Shown here piece after piece: positions 52,784-61,309 of a DNA stretch of 64,000 nucleotides; the first letter of the stretch is position 1; the number at the start of each line of letters is the position of its first letter. This DNA is from an uncultured Pseudomonadales bacterium. GTDB lineage: Bacteria; Patescibacteriota; Microgenomatia; UBA1400; MFAQ01. Location of the stretch: contig CAZARR010000005.1 of assembly GCA_964487665.1 (NCBI GenBank), positions 100 through 64,099 on the forward strand, written 5' to 3'. The notes under the pieces were generated by a model. The model saw only the letters and a list, made by a program, of their open reading frames with translations. It was not told where the DNA came from and did not search any database. A program made the position numbers and the translations under genes.

Positions 52784-53815
52784 TTAGTTTTGTCTAAGGT
52801 AGCGTAAATCTTGAAGATAAATATCTCGTAAGTTGTCAATAGATTGGTGTTTCATCATTAGTACCCTTTCCACTCCCCATCCAAAGGCAAAACCCGAGTA
52901 AATATTTGGGTCGACTTTGCCGTTTATTAATACTTGTGGGTGGACCATTCCTGCCCCACCAAGCTCTAACCAACCGGATTTACATACCTTGCATTTTTTG
53001 TTTCGAATAGTTCCTTGTCCTAGGCAGATACTGCAGTTGATATCTACTTCGAATGATGGTTCGGTAAATTGAAAATGATGGGGACGTAACCGAATTTTTC
53101 GGTCTGGACCAAAAAACCGATTGACAAAATAATTAGTTGTACCAATAAGGTGAGTGATGTTGATATTGCGGTCGATTAGCAGGCCTTCAAACTGGTGAAA
53201 CATTGAGGAGTGACGATTGGAAGATTGTCGGCGGTATGTTTTGCCAATGTTAATCATCCTAATTGGTGGATTTTTGACTAACTCCATTTCGCGAAGCTGT
53301 CCGTTGCTGGTATGTGCAGTAAGAACTGTGTTTTCGTCAACATAGAAGGTTTCCTGATCATCGCGAGCTGGATGGTTTTTGGGGATATTTAAGCCCTCTG
53401 CGTAATACCAATCGTTTTCAATTTCTCGGTAACGGCGACGCACAAAACCGAGACTGTTAAATATGTCTTCAATTTCTTTGATAGTTTGAGTAATTATGTG
53501 TAGATAACCTAGGGGTATTTCTCTTCCGGGTGTAGTAACATCGATTAACTCTTGTTGAGTAGAAAGTAGTGTTTCTTTTTGAGATATTGAATTTTCTAGA
53601 TTGTGCTTAAGTGTGTTGAACTTTTGGCCCAGTAGGGCTTTTTGCCCGTGAGAAAGCTGACGAAACATTGTATTTAGAAGACCATTCTTGCCAATGTACT
53701 TAGCGCGAAGATTATCCAAAGTAGCAAGAGACGTTATTCCAGCTACTTCATGATTGAACTGGGAAATAATTGTTTCGAATCGGGTGTCTGGTAGCATCTG
53801 TATGGATGATAACAA
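52784..53815 (-). CDS. pheS: phenylalanine--tRNA ligase alpha subunit
   Basis: FTEPSFEVDI, GWLELGGAGMVHPQVL and GFAFGWGVERVLMM class II motifs. Confidence 0.93.
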   Translation of the reverse strand: MLSSIQMLPDTRFETIISQFNHEVAGITSLATLDNLRAKYIGKNGLLNTMFRQLSHGQKALLGQKFNTLKHNLENSISQKETLLSTQQELIDVTTPGREIPLGYLHIITQTIKEIEDIFNSLGFVRRRYREIENDWYYAEGLNIPKNHPARDDQETFYVDENTVLTAHTSNGQLREMELVKNPPIRMINIGKTYRRQSSNRHSSMFHQFEGLLIDRNINITHLIGTTNYFVNRFFGPDRKIRLRPHHFQFTEPSFEVDINCSICLGQGTIRNKKCKVCKSGWLELGGAGMVHPQVLINGKVDPNIYSGFAFGWGVERVLMMKHQSIDNLRDIYLQDLRYLRQN

Positions 53816-53860
53816 AAAAGCTCCCTCTTTGGGGAGCTAAAGTCACCACTCCCCATTGAA

Positions 53861-54214
53861 CTAGCTGTTGATAAATTGAAATACTTTGGTAAAAATGTCG
53901 GGCTTGGTAGATGCCAGTTGGGATAGTATTTTTCGGTCGAGGGTGACGTTTTTTACCTTAAGCGAATTAATGAAACGAGAATATGACAAGGGGTTTGCTT
54001 GGGAAAGTAGTCCGGCCTTGATTCGAATTTGCCAAAGTCGTCGGAAATCACGCTTGCGACGTTTGCGTCCAAAAAAAGCGTATTCACCGGCGTGGAGGAC
54101 GGCCTCGTGAGCTACCTTGTAAAGACGGTGTTTGCTCATCCGGTACCCTTTGGCTAAACCCAAAACCTTTTTGTGACGGAATCGACGTTCACTGCCTGTT
54201 TTTACTCTGGACAT
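53861..54214 (-). CDS. rplT: 50S ribosomal protein L20
   Basis: MSRVKTGSERRFRHKKVLGLAKGY ... typical L20. Confidence 0.93.
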   Translation of the reverse strand: MSRVKTGSERRFRHKKVLGLAKGYRMSKHRLYKVAHEAVLHAGEYAFFGRKRRKRDFRRLWQIRIKAGLLSQANPLSYSRFINSLKVKNVTLDRKILSQLASTKPDIFTKVFQFINS

Positions 54215-54226
54215 TTTAAAAAGATA

Positions 54227-54427
54227 TTATTGATTGTGTAACATTGATCGTATTTTTTTAGCGAAGGCACCGGTTACTTCAATGTAGTGTCGAAAACGTC
54301 GAATGGCCTTTTTACTTTTACGTCGACGCAGGTGGCGCATGGTTGGTGTACGACGCAAAACTTTGCCTGTGGCGGTAACTTTGAACCTTTTTGCAACGAT
54401 TTTTCTAGTTTTCTGTTTTGATTTCAT
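54227..54427 (-). CDS. rpmI: 50S ribosomal protein L35
   Basis: MKSKQKTRKIVAKRFKVTATGKVLRR ... the basic L35 consensus. Start trimmed to the second ATG to clear infC. Confidence 0.8.
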   Translation of the reverse strand: MKSKQKTRKIVAKRFKVTATGKVLRRTPTMRHLRRRKSKKAIRRFRHYIEVTGAFAKKIRSMLHNQ

Positions 54428-54428
54428 G

Positions 54429-54932
54429 CTATTTATTGGGCTTAATTTGGGCAATTAGGAGCTTGCCCATAAGCTTTGGTGGTTCGACCAGAGTACTGAC
54501 GTCTTTAAGTTGCTCAATGGCTTTGGCCAAAAGCTGTTCACCAAACTGCTTTCTGGTGATTTCTCTGCCGGAGAATTTTACCACTAGTTTGACCCTATTG
54601 CCATTGGAAAGGAAGTCTCTAACCCTGTTTAGGCGGATATTTATATCGTTGTCCTCCATAAACGGACCAAAACGAATTTCTTTGGTATCTTGGGTGGTTT
54701 TTTGACCGAGACGTTGCTTCTTTTCTTCTTGATAGCGAAATTTTACAAAGTCGACAATGCGGGCTACGGGGGGTGTAGCACCGGCCGCAACCTCAACCAG
54801 GTCCATGTCTAAGCTTTGGGCTTTGGCAATTGCTTCAGGGGTTGGTAAAACTCCAATTTGCTTGCCTTCGTGGTCAATGACCCGAACAGAAGAAGCTTTA
54901 ATATACTGGTTAATCCGGTAAAACTTACTCAA
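54429..54932 (-). CDS. infC: translation initiation factor IF-3
   Basis: INQYIKASSVRVIDHEGKQIGVL ... DLVEVA ... PVARIVDF. Confidence 0.9.
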   Translation of the reverse strand: MSKFYRINQYIKASSVRVIDHEGKQIGVLPTPEAIAKAQSLDMDLVEVAAGATPPVARIVDFVKFRYQEEKKQRLGQKTTQDTKEIRFGPFMEDNDINIRLNRVRDFLSNGNRVKLVVKFSGREITRKQFGEQLLAKAIEQLKDVSTLVEPPKLMGKLLIAQIKPNK

Positions 54933-54943
54933 GATTTGGTTGG

Positions 54944-56212
54944 TTAAAGTAACTTTTGATCAATTTCGATCTTGATTTTAGCAATAAAAGCTTGCAAAGT
55001 CATCTGTCCGAGGTCAGGTTGGTTCCGGGAACGTACAGAAACGATGTTTTGGGATTGTTCTTTTTCGCCTAAAATTAGCATATAAGGAATTTTTTGCGCT
55101 TGAGAGTTGTGGATTTTTTTGCCCAGAGTTTCTGCTGATTGGTCAAGCTCGGTGCGAATGTTTAGGGATTTTAAGCTCTCATCAACCTGTTTGGCATAAG
55201 GCAATATTTTGTCGGAAATGGGAAGCAAGGCAACCTGAACCGGAGAAAGCCAGGTTGGAAGTGAACCCGCAAAATGTTCCAATAAAAAGGCCGCGACTCT
55301 CTCGATAGCACCAATACTTGAACGGTGAATAACAATTGCCATTTGTTCGAGACCATCAGCACCAATAAATTTAAGATTAAACCTTTCAGGCATTACAAAA
55401 TCGTACTGGACGGTAAAGGCAGTTTCTTCGACTCCGGTTATCTTTTTCATTTGTATATCAATTTTTGGTCCATAAAAAGCAGCTTCGTCTGCTGCCTCGA
55501 AATAATCAGCGTTTCTTTCGACTAGAGAGTGGCGGAGTAGGTCTTCCGCGTCATCCCAGCCTTGTGGATCGTCAACGTATTTAGTTGTGTTTTTTCTGTC
55601 GCCAAGAGAGAGTCTATATCTGTAGTTACTACCAGGTTTCAGGCCAAATGTTTTTGCTACAAAATCAATTAAATTCAGGGCTCCTTTAATTTCCTCTTTA
55701 GCCTGTGCTTTGTTGGCGCAAATAATATGTGAATCGGCCAAACAAAAAGATCTGACTCGGGTGAGTCCAGATAATACCCCAGAAAGCTCGTACCGGTATA
55801 GCTTGGCGATCTCTGCAATCCGCATGGGTAATTCCTTGTAACTACGAGGCTGTGAGAGGAAGAGTTCAAAGTGGTGAGGGCAGGTCATAGGACGAAGCAT
55901 ATATTCTTCATCGTCAATTTTGATGGGGGCATACATTGTTTCTTTGTAGTAAGGGTAGTGGCCGGATTTTTTGTACAAATCAATTTTTCCGATATCTGGG
56001 GTGTAAACATGTTGGTAGCCCCATTTGAGTTCTGTATCCACCACAAAGTGTTCTAGTTCCCTTCTAAATGTGGCACCTTTTGCAGTCCACAAAGGCAATC
56101 CTTTGCCGACCACATCTGAGAATGTAAATAATCCTAATTCTCGACCCATTACTCGGTGATCACGGGGGTCAAGGGATTCGCTTTCTTGATGGTCTTGGTT
56201 TATTGTTTGCAT
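54944..56212 (-). CDS. thrS: threonine--tRNA ligase, minimal form (catalytic + anticodon-binding domains only)
   Basis: HRSSIGAIERVAAFLLEHFAGSLPTWLSPVQVALLPISDK parallels ThrRS motif 3 and the anticodon-binding domain. 422 aa versus ~640 in full-length enzymes (N1/N2 editing domains absent). Heads the thrS-infC-rpmI-rplT-pheST cluster. Confidence 0.88.
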   Translation of the reverse strand: MQTINQDHQESESLDPRDHRVMGRELGLFTFSDVVGKGLPLWTAKGATFRRELEHFVVDTELKWGYQHVYTPDIGKIDLYKKSGHYPYYKETMYAPIKIDDEEYMLRPMTCPHHFELFLSQPRSYKELPMRIAEIAKLYRYELSGVLSGLTRVRSFCLADSHIICANKAQAKEEIKGALNLIDFVAKTFGLKPGSNYRYRLSLGDRKNTTKYVDDPQGWDDAEDLLRHSLVERNADYFEAADEAAFYGPKIDIQMKKITGVEETAFTVQYDFVMPERFNLKFIGADGLEQMAIVIHRSSIGAIERVAAFLLEHFAGSLPTWLSPVQVALLPISDKILPYAKQVDESLKSLNIRTELDQSAETLGKKIHNSQAQKIPYMLILGEKEQSQNIVSVRSRNQPDLGQMTLQAFIAKIKIEIDQKLL

Positions 56213-56237
56213 TTGATTATATTTTTAATAAAAAACC

Positions 56238-56295
56238 ACCTTCGATTGCAGGATCCCGTAAGGGAGGTTCCATCCTGCTTACCAGTGGTGGTCTC
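56238..56295. promoter_or_regulatory. nested stem-loop (ACCACC ... GCAGGAT-CCC-GUAA-GGG-AGGUUCC-AUCCUGC ... GGUGGU) in the thrS 5' leader
   Basis: Perfect complementarity of outer (ACCACC/GGTGGT) and inner (GCAGGAT/ATCCTGC) stems. CCC/GGG closes a GTAA (GNRA) loop on the plus strand. Located 26-83 nt upstream of the thrS start. Confidence 0.3.
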
Positions 56296-56494
56296 TTGAT
56301 TGTCAGATTGGGGCTGACTCCCCTGCTTCTTTATGGTTGGTGTCCATATTCTAACGAAGCATTTCAGTTGTAATGGCAGTATAAGACTTGTTACGTTGTT
56401 ATTTCAAGTGGTGGTGTTATTCTAGCATTTGCTCGAACCCTTTTTGAACTGGCAAAACCGCTCCGCTTTCTTAATTCCGAACAAGTTTCGTTTG

Positions 56495-56601
56495 GTGGTC
56501 TTCTTTAGAGAAATTCTAACCTATTTCCGACAGAATTATTAACAGCGGAGCTCACCGCTCCGCGTGCGCGCCCCCACCCGCGCACGCCTCGCGGTTCGCA
56601 C
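56495..56601. repeat. IR-A (107 bp, GC-rich, contains two internal perfect hairpins)
   Basis: Reverse complement of 61036-61142 with a single mismatch. Internal palindromes CGGAGC-TCACC-GCTCCG and GCGTGCGCG-CCCCCACC-CGCGCACGC. Confidence 0.9.
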
Positions 56602-56969
56602 TATTTGTATTTTCGCTCGGTTTCCCTCGCTACGTGCTAACGCCCGCTTTGCACGCGATTTTTAAGAAAAGCGGTATCCCGTCCTCAAAGTCGAAGCTTC
56701 GCAACTCCATTTCGGTCGGGATATATTTGCCTTACGGCAAAGTGGCGATATTCATCACCACATTTATATGTTCGCCACAAGATCACATCTAGTGATTGTG
56801 GCGAAACTGTTCTCAAGATATGGCTCGCTCCACTCGCCATTAAATACCCACTGATTAGGAATCGATTTTATCAGTGGGTATTTATGCCTTGAGACAGTTT
56901 TTGTCTCTCAGTCGTGGGCCGATTTCCAGAGAGATGATACCTCTTACGTTTTTCCTCGAATGAAGTTGT

Positions 56970-57758
56970 TTATAAATTCTTAATCTGTAAAGAATCTGAG
57001 GATATAGCTTCATATATACACTTTATTTTTCTCATTTTAAGTTTATCTATAAAGATTTTTCTTTGTGCGCTCACTCGGACATAAGCATCAATTACAGCTT
57101 TTGTTGGAATAACTGGATTATTTTCATTCACCTCCCTATCTTTCAGCCGGGATAATGAAGCATCAAGGGAAGCCAAAATATCAACCACATAAATTATTTT
57201 GTATTCATTCTTAATTGCCATGTTGATTATCATTTCCAGATCTTCAACATATTCAAGTGTTCTTTCTGTGATGAAGCTTTTTCTTAATGAGAATATCTTC
57301 TCATACGTCCAAAGGGTCACAAAATACGCTTCAAGATCGTACTGATTATCTTTTGTTCCTGTTATGGCAAACTTTTTTAGTTTACTCCGTATGTTGTCTG
57401 GTCCAATTACTCCTGACTTTATTTTGAAAACATTTTTAATAAAAGTTGATTTCCCCGCTCCGGGCTGGCCTCTCACTATTATTACGGATGGTGATAATTT
57501 ATGACCCAACTTTTTTTGTATAATGGTTTCAATTTTTTTCAAGTTATTATTATTCTCCTGAATTAACTCATAGGTGATTTTTTTATGAAATATTTGTCTT
57601 AGAGGAACCCAGTTGCTATGGAGCTTTAAAGTTTCATAAGTTTCGTCCCAGTCATTCTTTTGCCAGTCTTTTTTAAGATTCGAAAAAAGTTTAAATGTTT
57701 CTAGGTTGGGAAACAACCATAATTTGACGTTATTAAGAAAATATAAAAAAGCTTCCAT
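56970..57758 (-). CDS. P-loop NTPase/kinase-like protein (zeta-toxin/AAA_33-like Walker A)
   Basis: Walker A IVRGQPGAGKSTFIKN roughly 105 aa from the N-terminus. Walker B-like IIYVVDI. 262 aa. Confidence 0.5.
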   Translation of the reverse strand: MEAFLYFLNNVKLWLFPNLETFKLFSNLKKDWQKNDWDETYETLKLHSNWVPLRQIFHKKITYELIQENNNNLKKIETIIQKKLGHKLSPSVIIVRGQPGAGKSTFIKNVFKIKSGVIGPDNIRSKLKKFAITGTKDNQYDLEAYFVTLWTYEKIFSLRKSFITERTLEYVEDLEMIINMAIKNEYKIIYVVDILASLDASLSRLKDREVNENNPVIPTKAVIDAYVRVSAQRKIFIDKLKMRKIKCIYEAISSDSLQIKNL

Positions 57759-58508
57759 CTATTTCACAGCAGTAATTAAAAAAGGATCCGATATTACAGA
57801 TATTTCTCCGTTGACAAATAACTCATCAATTCTGCTCATGTCTTTCTCAGGATCAAAGTCTCTTATTATTGGTGCCATTGTGAAGATCGTGATAATGTCT
57901 TCCCGTGTGTAGCTTTTATTAAAGCTGAATTGAGAGTATGAAAATGTTTGCGGTTTCTCTTTTCTTAATTTTTCAATGTATATCAGAGGATCAGTCAGCT
58001 TCATTCTTTTTGTAAATAGTTCGGTAATTCCACCGAATCCCTTAAGTAATCCATATTCTTTAAAAATAAACAGACCTCCTGGTTTTAATACCCGAAACAC
58101 CTCAGAAAAAGAAAAATTAGTAGCTAATTTATTAGTTATCACATCAAAATAATTATCCTCAAAAGGTAAAGAAAAGTTATCTCCGTAAACTATTTTTATT
58201 TGAGGAAAATCTTTGCATTTTGCGGATGCCTCTGTGACCATTTTTTCTGATAAATCTATACCATATAAACTTTTCCCCTTAATATTTTGTAGATTCTTAA
58301 TTATTTCGGTAAGTACATAGCCATTGCCTGTGCCGATATCTAACAACTTTCCTAAGTCAAATTCGTTCAGATGATTGGCCGCCAACTTAATTAAAGAGCT
58401 TGTTGTATCATCTGTGGCTTGATGTGAACCATAAAATGATTCTCTCGTCTTGACTACCTTATTGGTGTAAAAAGACGCACTGGAATTATTGTCTTGCGAT
58501 CGGTTCAT
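57759..58508 (-). CDS. class I SAM-dependent methyltransferase
   Basis: Motif I LLDIGTGNGYVLTEI. Acidic motif II YGIDLSE. Motif post-II VLKPGGLFIF. The track ORF extends to 58610; start likely M at 58508. Confidence 0.7.
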   Translation of the reverse strand: MNRSQDNNSSASFYTNKVVKTRESFYGSHQATDDTTSSLIKLAANHLNEFDLGKLLDIGTGNGYVLTEIIKNLQNIKGKSLYGIDLSEKMVTEASAKCKDFPQIKIVYGDNFSLPFEDNYFDVITNKLATNFSFSEVFRVLKPGGLFIFKEYGLLKGFGGITELFTKRMKLTDPLIYIEKLRKEKPQTFSYSQFSFNKSYTREDIITIFTMAPIIRDFDPEKDMSRIDELFVNGEISVISDPFLITAVK

Positions 58509-59310
58509 ACTTTGTGGCCTTAACAATAATTGTCCCAGGAATTCTCCGCAGATGCTCATAACTGAAAGGATTGGCTTTTGGGTTACCAACGTACCTCGAT
58601 CTGGTGGCAAAATTATTTGACCTTTCCTCTAAAATTGGCTCAGGTTCTAATAAATTATTGATTACGAATCCAGCTTTGATGACAGACATGACATAATCAG
58701 AAACAGTTTTAAATGATCCGGTCATTGTGGCAGAAATGTTGTCTTCCGGAAACTCGTATTGCCAAGTCTTCATTTCACGATCAAAATAATTATTAAGGAT
58801 AAAGTTATCTTCACTATTCCAATAACCGTGATCTCTAACCGGATGGTCGGCGCTAAAAACTAAAGATCCATTCGGTTTTAATAATCTAAACATTTGTCTC
58901 ATCACACTTTCAAGTGAATCCACGGTCATGCAATATTGAAGAGCAAATGCAGAAACCACCAAATCAAAGGATTCAGGACCAAAATGCTTTTCTACTTCTT
59001 CAAAGTTGCCTTGAACAAATTCAACTATGGCTTTTTCAGATATGGCAAGTTCTTTTCCGTGTTTTAACTGCTCTTCGGATATGTCAAATGCGGTGACTTC
59101 TGCTCCGCGTTTCGATAGAAAAATAGAATTTTGGGCAGATCCAGAACCTAACTCTAAGACTTTCTTGCCCTTAACAGTGCCAAGCAACGTATCTAAATCA
59201 CTCGAATCGCAAAGCGGACCCCAGTAGTATTTATTAGTCTTAATATCGTATCTTTTTTGATAGCTTTTGGATATCTGTTCCCAACCTTCTTTGTTATCAA
59301 GCCTTTTCAT
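58486..59310 (-). CDS. class I SAM-dependent methyltransferase (Methyltransf_11/25-like)
   Basis: Motif I VLELGSGSAQNSIFLSKRGAEVTAFDISEEQL. LLKPNGSLVFS. 274 aa. Confidence 0.75.
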   Translation of the reverse strand: MKRLDNKEGWEQISKSYQKRYDIKTNKYYWGPLCDSSDLDTLLGTVKGKKVLELGSGSAQNSIFLSKRGAEVTAFDISEEQLKHGKELAISEKAIVEFVQGNFEEVEKHFGPESFDLVVSAFALQYCMTVDSLESVMRQMFRLLKPNGSLVFSADHPVRDHGYWNSEDNFILNNYFDREMKTWQYEFPEDNISATMTGSFKTVSDYVMSVIKAGFVINNLLEPEPILEERSNNFATRSRYVGNPKANPFSYEHLRRIPGTIIVKATKYEPIARQ

Positions 59311-60418
59311 TGTTCAATATCATCTGGTAATAATGCTTAATTTTTGAATAAGCATCATTTAGTGTGTTTCCAATTCCAAGTTCTCCATGAAACCTAAGTA
59401 TCATAAATCCATTGTTCTTTTGCAGATGAGGAACAGTTGGAATAATTGCATCAAAACTCCCATATCGGACATACTCAGGTGTTTTATATTCTTCAAGTGC
59501 GTCGGAATAAGTCATGGGACCGCAATGTGAATGGGCTATGGCATTTGTTCCAGTAGTTTGATAATAGACAATGTGCATTGGCGTATCACATGAAGGCATT
59601 TTTTCACCACACCAAGCGACTTTATCTTTAGTTTTTAGATTGATAAGAGTTAAATCTTGAAGAGCAAGGTTTCCCAATCTGCTTCCTGTGCTCGTGATTA
59701 GAGCCCAGTTATCGTCTACTCTAATACTGTAATTGCCATTGGTCGAAAAATTGGTTCTATCTTTTTCTTGTGTTTCTCCTAGTGTTCTAAAAACTTCATA
59801 ATATTTCTTCCTGGAATTATTTAAGAGTTCAAGTGTTTGTGGGTCTGACATCTGTTCCGAATCAAAAATGATTTTTGACTCTTCTATATAAAGTCTATCC
59901 AGAGCCCTCCTGTAATCCATCATGGAAACTTTTTCTTTGGTTATATTGGGCCAAATAATGATCACGCCCCAACTTTCTAATTTCTTAAGTGACTCCATAG
60001 TTTGAGGATGATTCCACATATCTTTGTTAAATGCTGGTATAACCAAGACTCTTTTTTTCTTGCCGATAGCGGTTGCTACTAAAGTGGTTGGATAGTTATC
60101 TGCAATACCAAGAGCGATTTTGTTAAACGTGTTAAACGTGCACGGAGCAACAATTACGATATCTTCTTCGGGAATGGACCTTCTTGGACCATGCCAATTA
60201 AAATCCTCATGGATATTATCCGAGAATTTTTTAAGCGGTTCGATAATATTTAAGGCTTTCTCGGTTGGGAATAGGTGGACGTTGCATCCCTGGCCAATCA
60301 GTTCATCCGCCATTTCTGCAATTTTTTCTATCTTTCCGGCAGCTGTGACAACCAAATATACAGTCTTCCCGGAGATTGTTTGTCTTGGAATTTTTATCAG
60401 ATGCTCATTCATTTCCAA
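59297..60418 (-). CDS. fusion protein: N-terminal HFCD-type flavoprotein (EpiD/CoaC-like) + C-terminal class II aldolase/adducin-like domain
   Basis: N-terminal GKTVYLVVTAAGKIEK ... IVIVAPCTFNTFNKIALGIADNYPTTLV ... VLVIPAFNKDMW matches the Flavoprotein (PF02441) consensus. C-terminal IAHSHCGPMTY resembles the class II aldolase HxH metal-binding region. Confidence 0.6.
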   Translation of the reverse strand: MEMNEHLIKIPRQTISGKTVYLVVTAAGKIEKIAEMADELIGQGCNVHLFPTEKALNIIEPLKKFSDNIHEDFNWHGPRRSIPEEDIVIVAPCTFNTFNKIALGIADNYPTTLVATAIGKKKRVLVIPAFNKDMWNHPQTMESLKKLESWGVIIIWPNITKEKVSMMDYRRALDRLYIEESKIIFDSEQMSDPQTLELLNNSRKKYYEVFRTLGETQEKDRTNFSTNGNYSIRVDDNWALITSTGSRLGNLALQDLTLINLKTKDKVAWCGEKMPSCDTPMHIVYYQTTGTNAIAHSHCGPMTYSDALEEYKTPEYVRYGSFDAIIPTVPHLQKNNGFMILRFHGELGIGNTLNDAYSKIKHYYQMILNNEKA

Positions 60419-60951
60419 AGTTTTCTGGCTTTTAATATTTCGTATGACAAAATTGGAATAACTGTTGGTGTCGTCATAAAAGGTAAAGCACAGGGAATGG
60501 TGATTTTTTCATCCATCAGTGCCAGCTGATCTTTGGAGAGGCCATTGGCTCCGCCGATCATAATTACATCATTGTCCAGCCATTCAAAATCTAAAGCATT
60601 ATCTCCTCCATTGGGGACTGTGGCTACAAGACGGAACCCCTGTCTTTTTAATTCTTCAAGTGAATTCTCTCGCCTCGGAATGGCATCTACATCATTTTTA
60701 GTTAAGTTCCAGGATTCCACCTTGGAAGCTACTTTAGGGTGAGAAAAGTCAAGAGTTACCCCAATCATTTCAAAACCAACGTGCGGCACACCAACTTTTG
60801 TTGCCAAAGAAACTTGAGCCGCCTGAGCAATATCAAAAGGTTTATCTAGGTTCACCAGGGCAAACCGGACTGGCGGAACGACACATCGTTTCTCCCACTC
60901 ACTCCAGGAGCTTAGAGAATTTTCTAAGCCGTATTCTTGGTTTATTTCCAT
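60409..60951 (-). CDS. SPOUT-class (SpoU/TrmH/TrmL-like) RNA 2'-O-methyltransferase
   Basis: IMIGGANGLSKDQLALMDEKITIP (motif 2-like) and TTPTVIPILSYEIL (motif 3-like). 180 aa minimal SPOUT. Confidence 0.55.
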   Translation of the reverse strand: MEINQEYGLENSLSSWSEWEKRCVVPPVRFALVNLDKPFDIAQAAQVSLATKVGVPHVGFEMIGVTLDFSHPKVASKVESWNLTKNDVDAIPRRENSLEELKRQGFRLVATVPNGGDNALDFEWLDNDVIMIGGANGLSKDQLALMDEKITIPCALPFMTTPTVIPILSYEILKARKLWK

Positions 60952-61035
60952 GTTGTTAATTTTAGCACAGATTTGATAGATATTCAGCTTATAGGCTGTT
61001 AATTTTTGCGTTTTCTGGTCGAGCCAACTCTTTGA

Positions 61036-61142
61036 GTGCGAACCGCGAGGCGTGCGCGAGTGGGGGCGCGCACGCGGAGCGGTGAGCTCCGCTGTTAATA
61101 ATTCTGTCGGAAATAGGTTAGAATTTCTCTAAAGAAGACCAC
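61036..61142. repeat. IR-A' (107 bp), inverted copy of IR-A
   Basis: Reverse complement of 56495-56601 (106/107). Shares its last 4 bp (CCAC) with the start of IR-B. Confidence 0.9.
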
Positions 61143-61227
61143 AATAATAGAGGTTCGCCCTGCTGGGGCGGCAGTCGCCCGCGCGAGAGCGGCCGCGCGG
61201 AGCGATACAAACGGCTTTTTGTATTCG
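61139..61227. repeat. IR-B (89 bp, GC-rich, several internal palindromes)
   Basis: Identical to the reverse complement of 63873-63961. Internal palindromes GGGCG-GCAGT-CGCCC, CGCGCG ... CGCGCG and ATACAAA ... TTTGTAT. Confidence 0.9.
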
Positions 61228-61309
61228 GGTCTAAAAAGATAGACAGAAAACGCAAAAATATAAATAGGTAAAACCTGTTTCTCTTCAGTTTCGGGAAATA
61301 TATGGTTAA

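Noticed and set aside
56213-56400. T-box riboswitch upstream of thrS
   Set aside because: No T-box consensus (AGGGUGGNACCGCG) on the minus (thrS-sense) strand. CPR/Gram-negative-type thrS leaders are not T-box regulated. Retained only as a generic regulatory hairpin.
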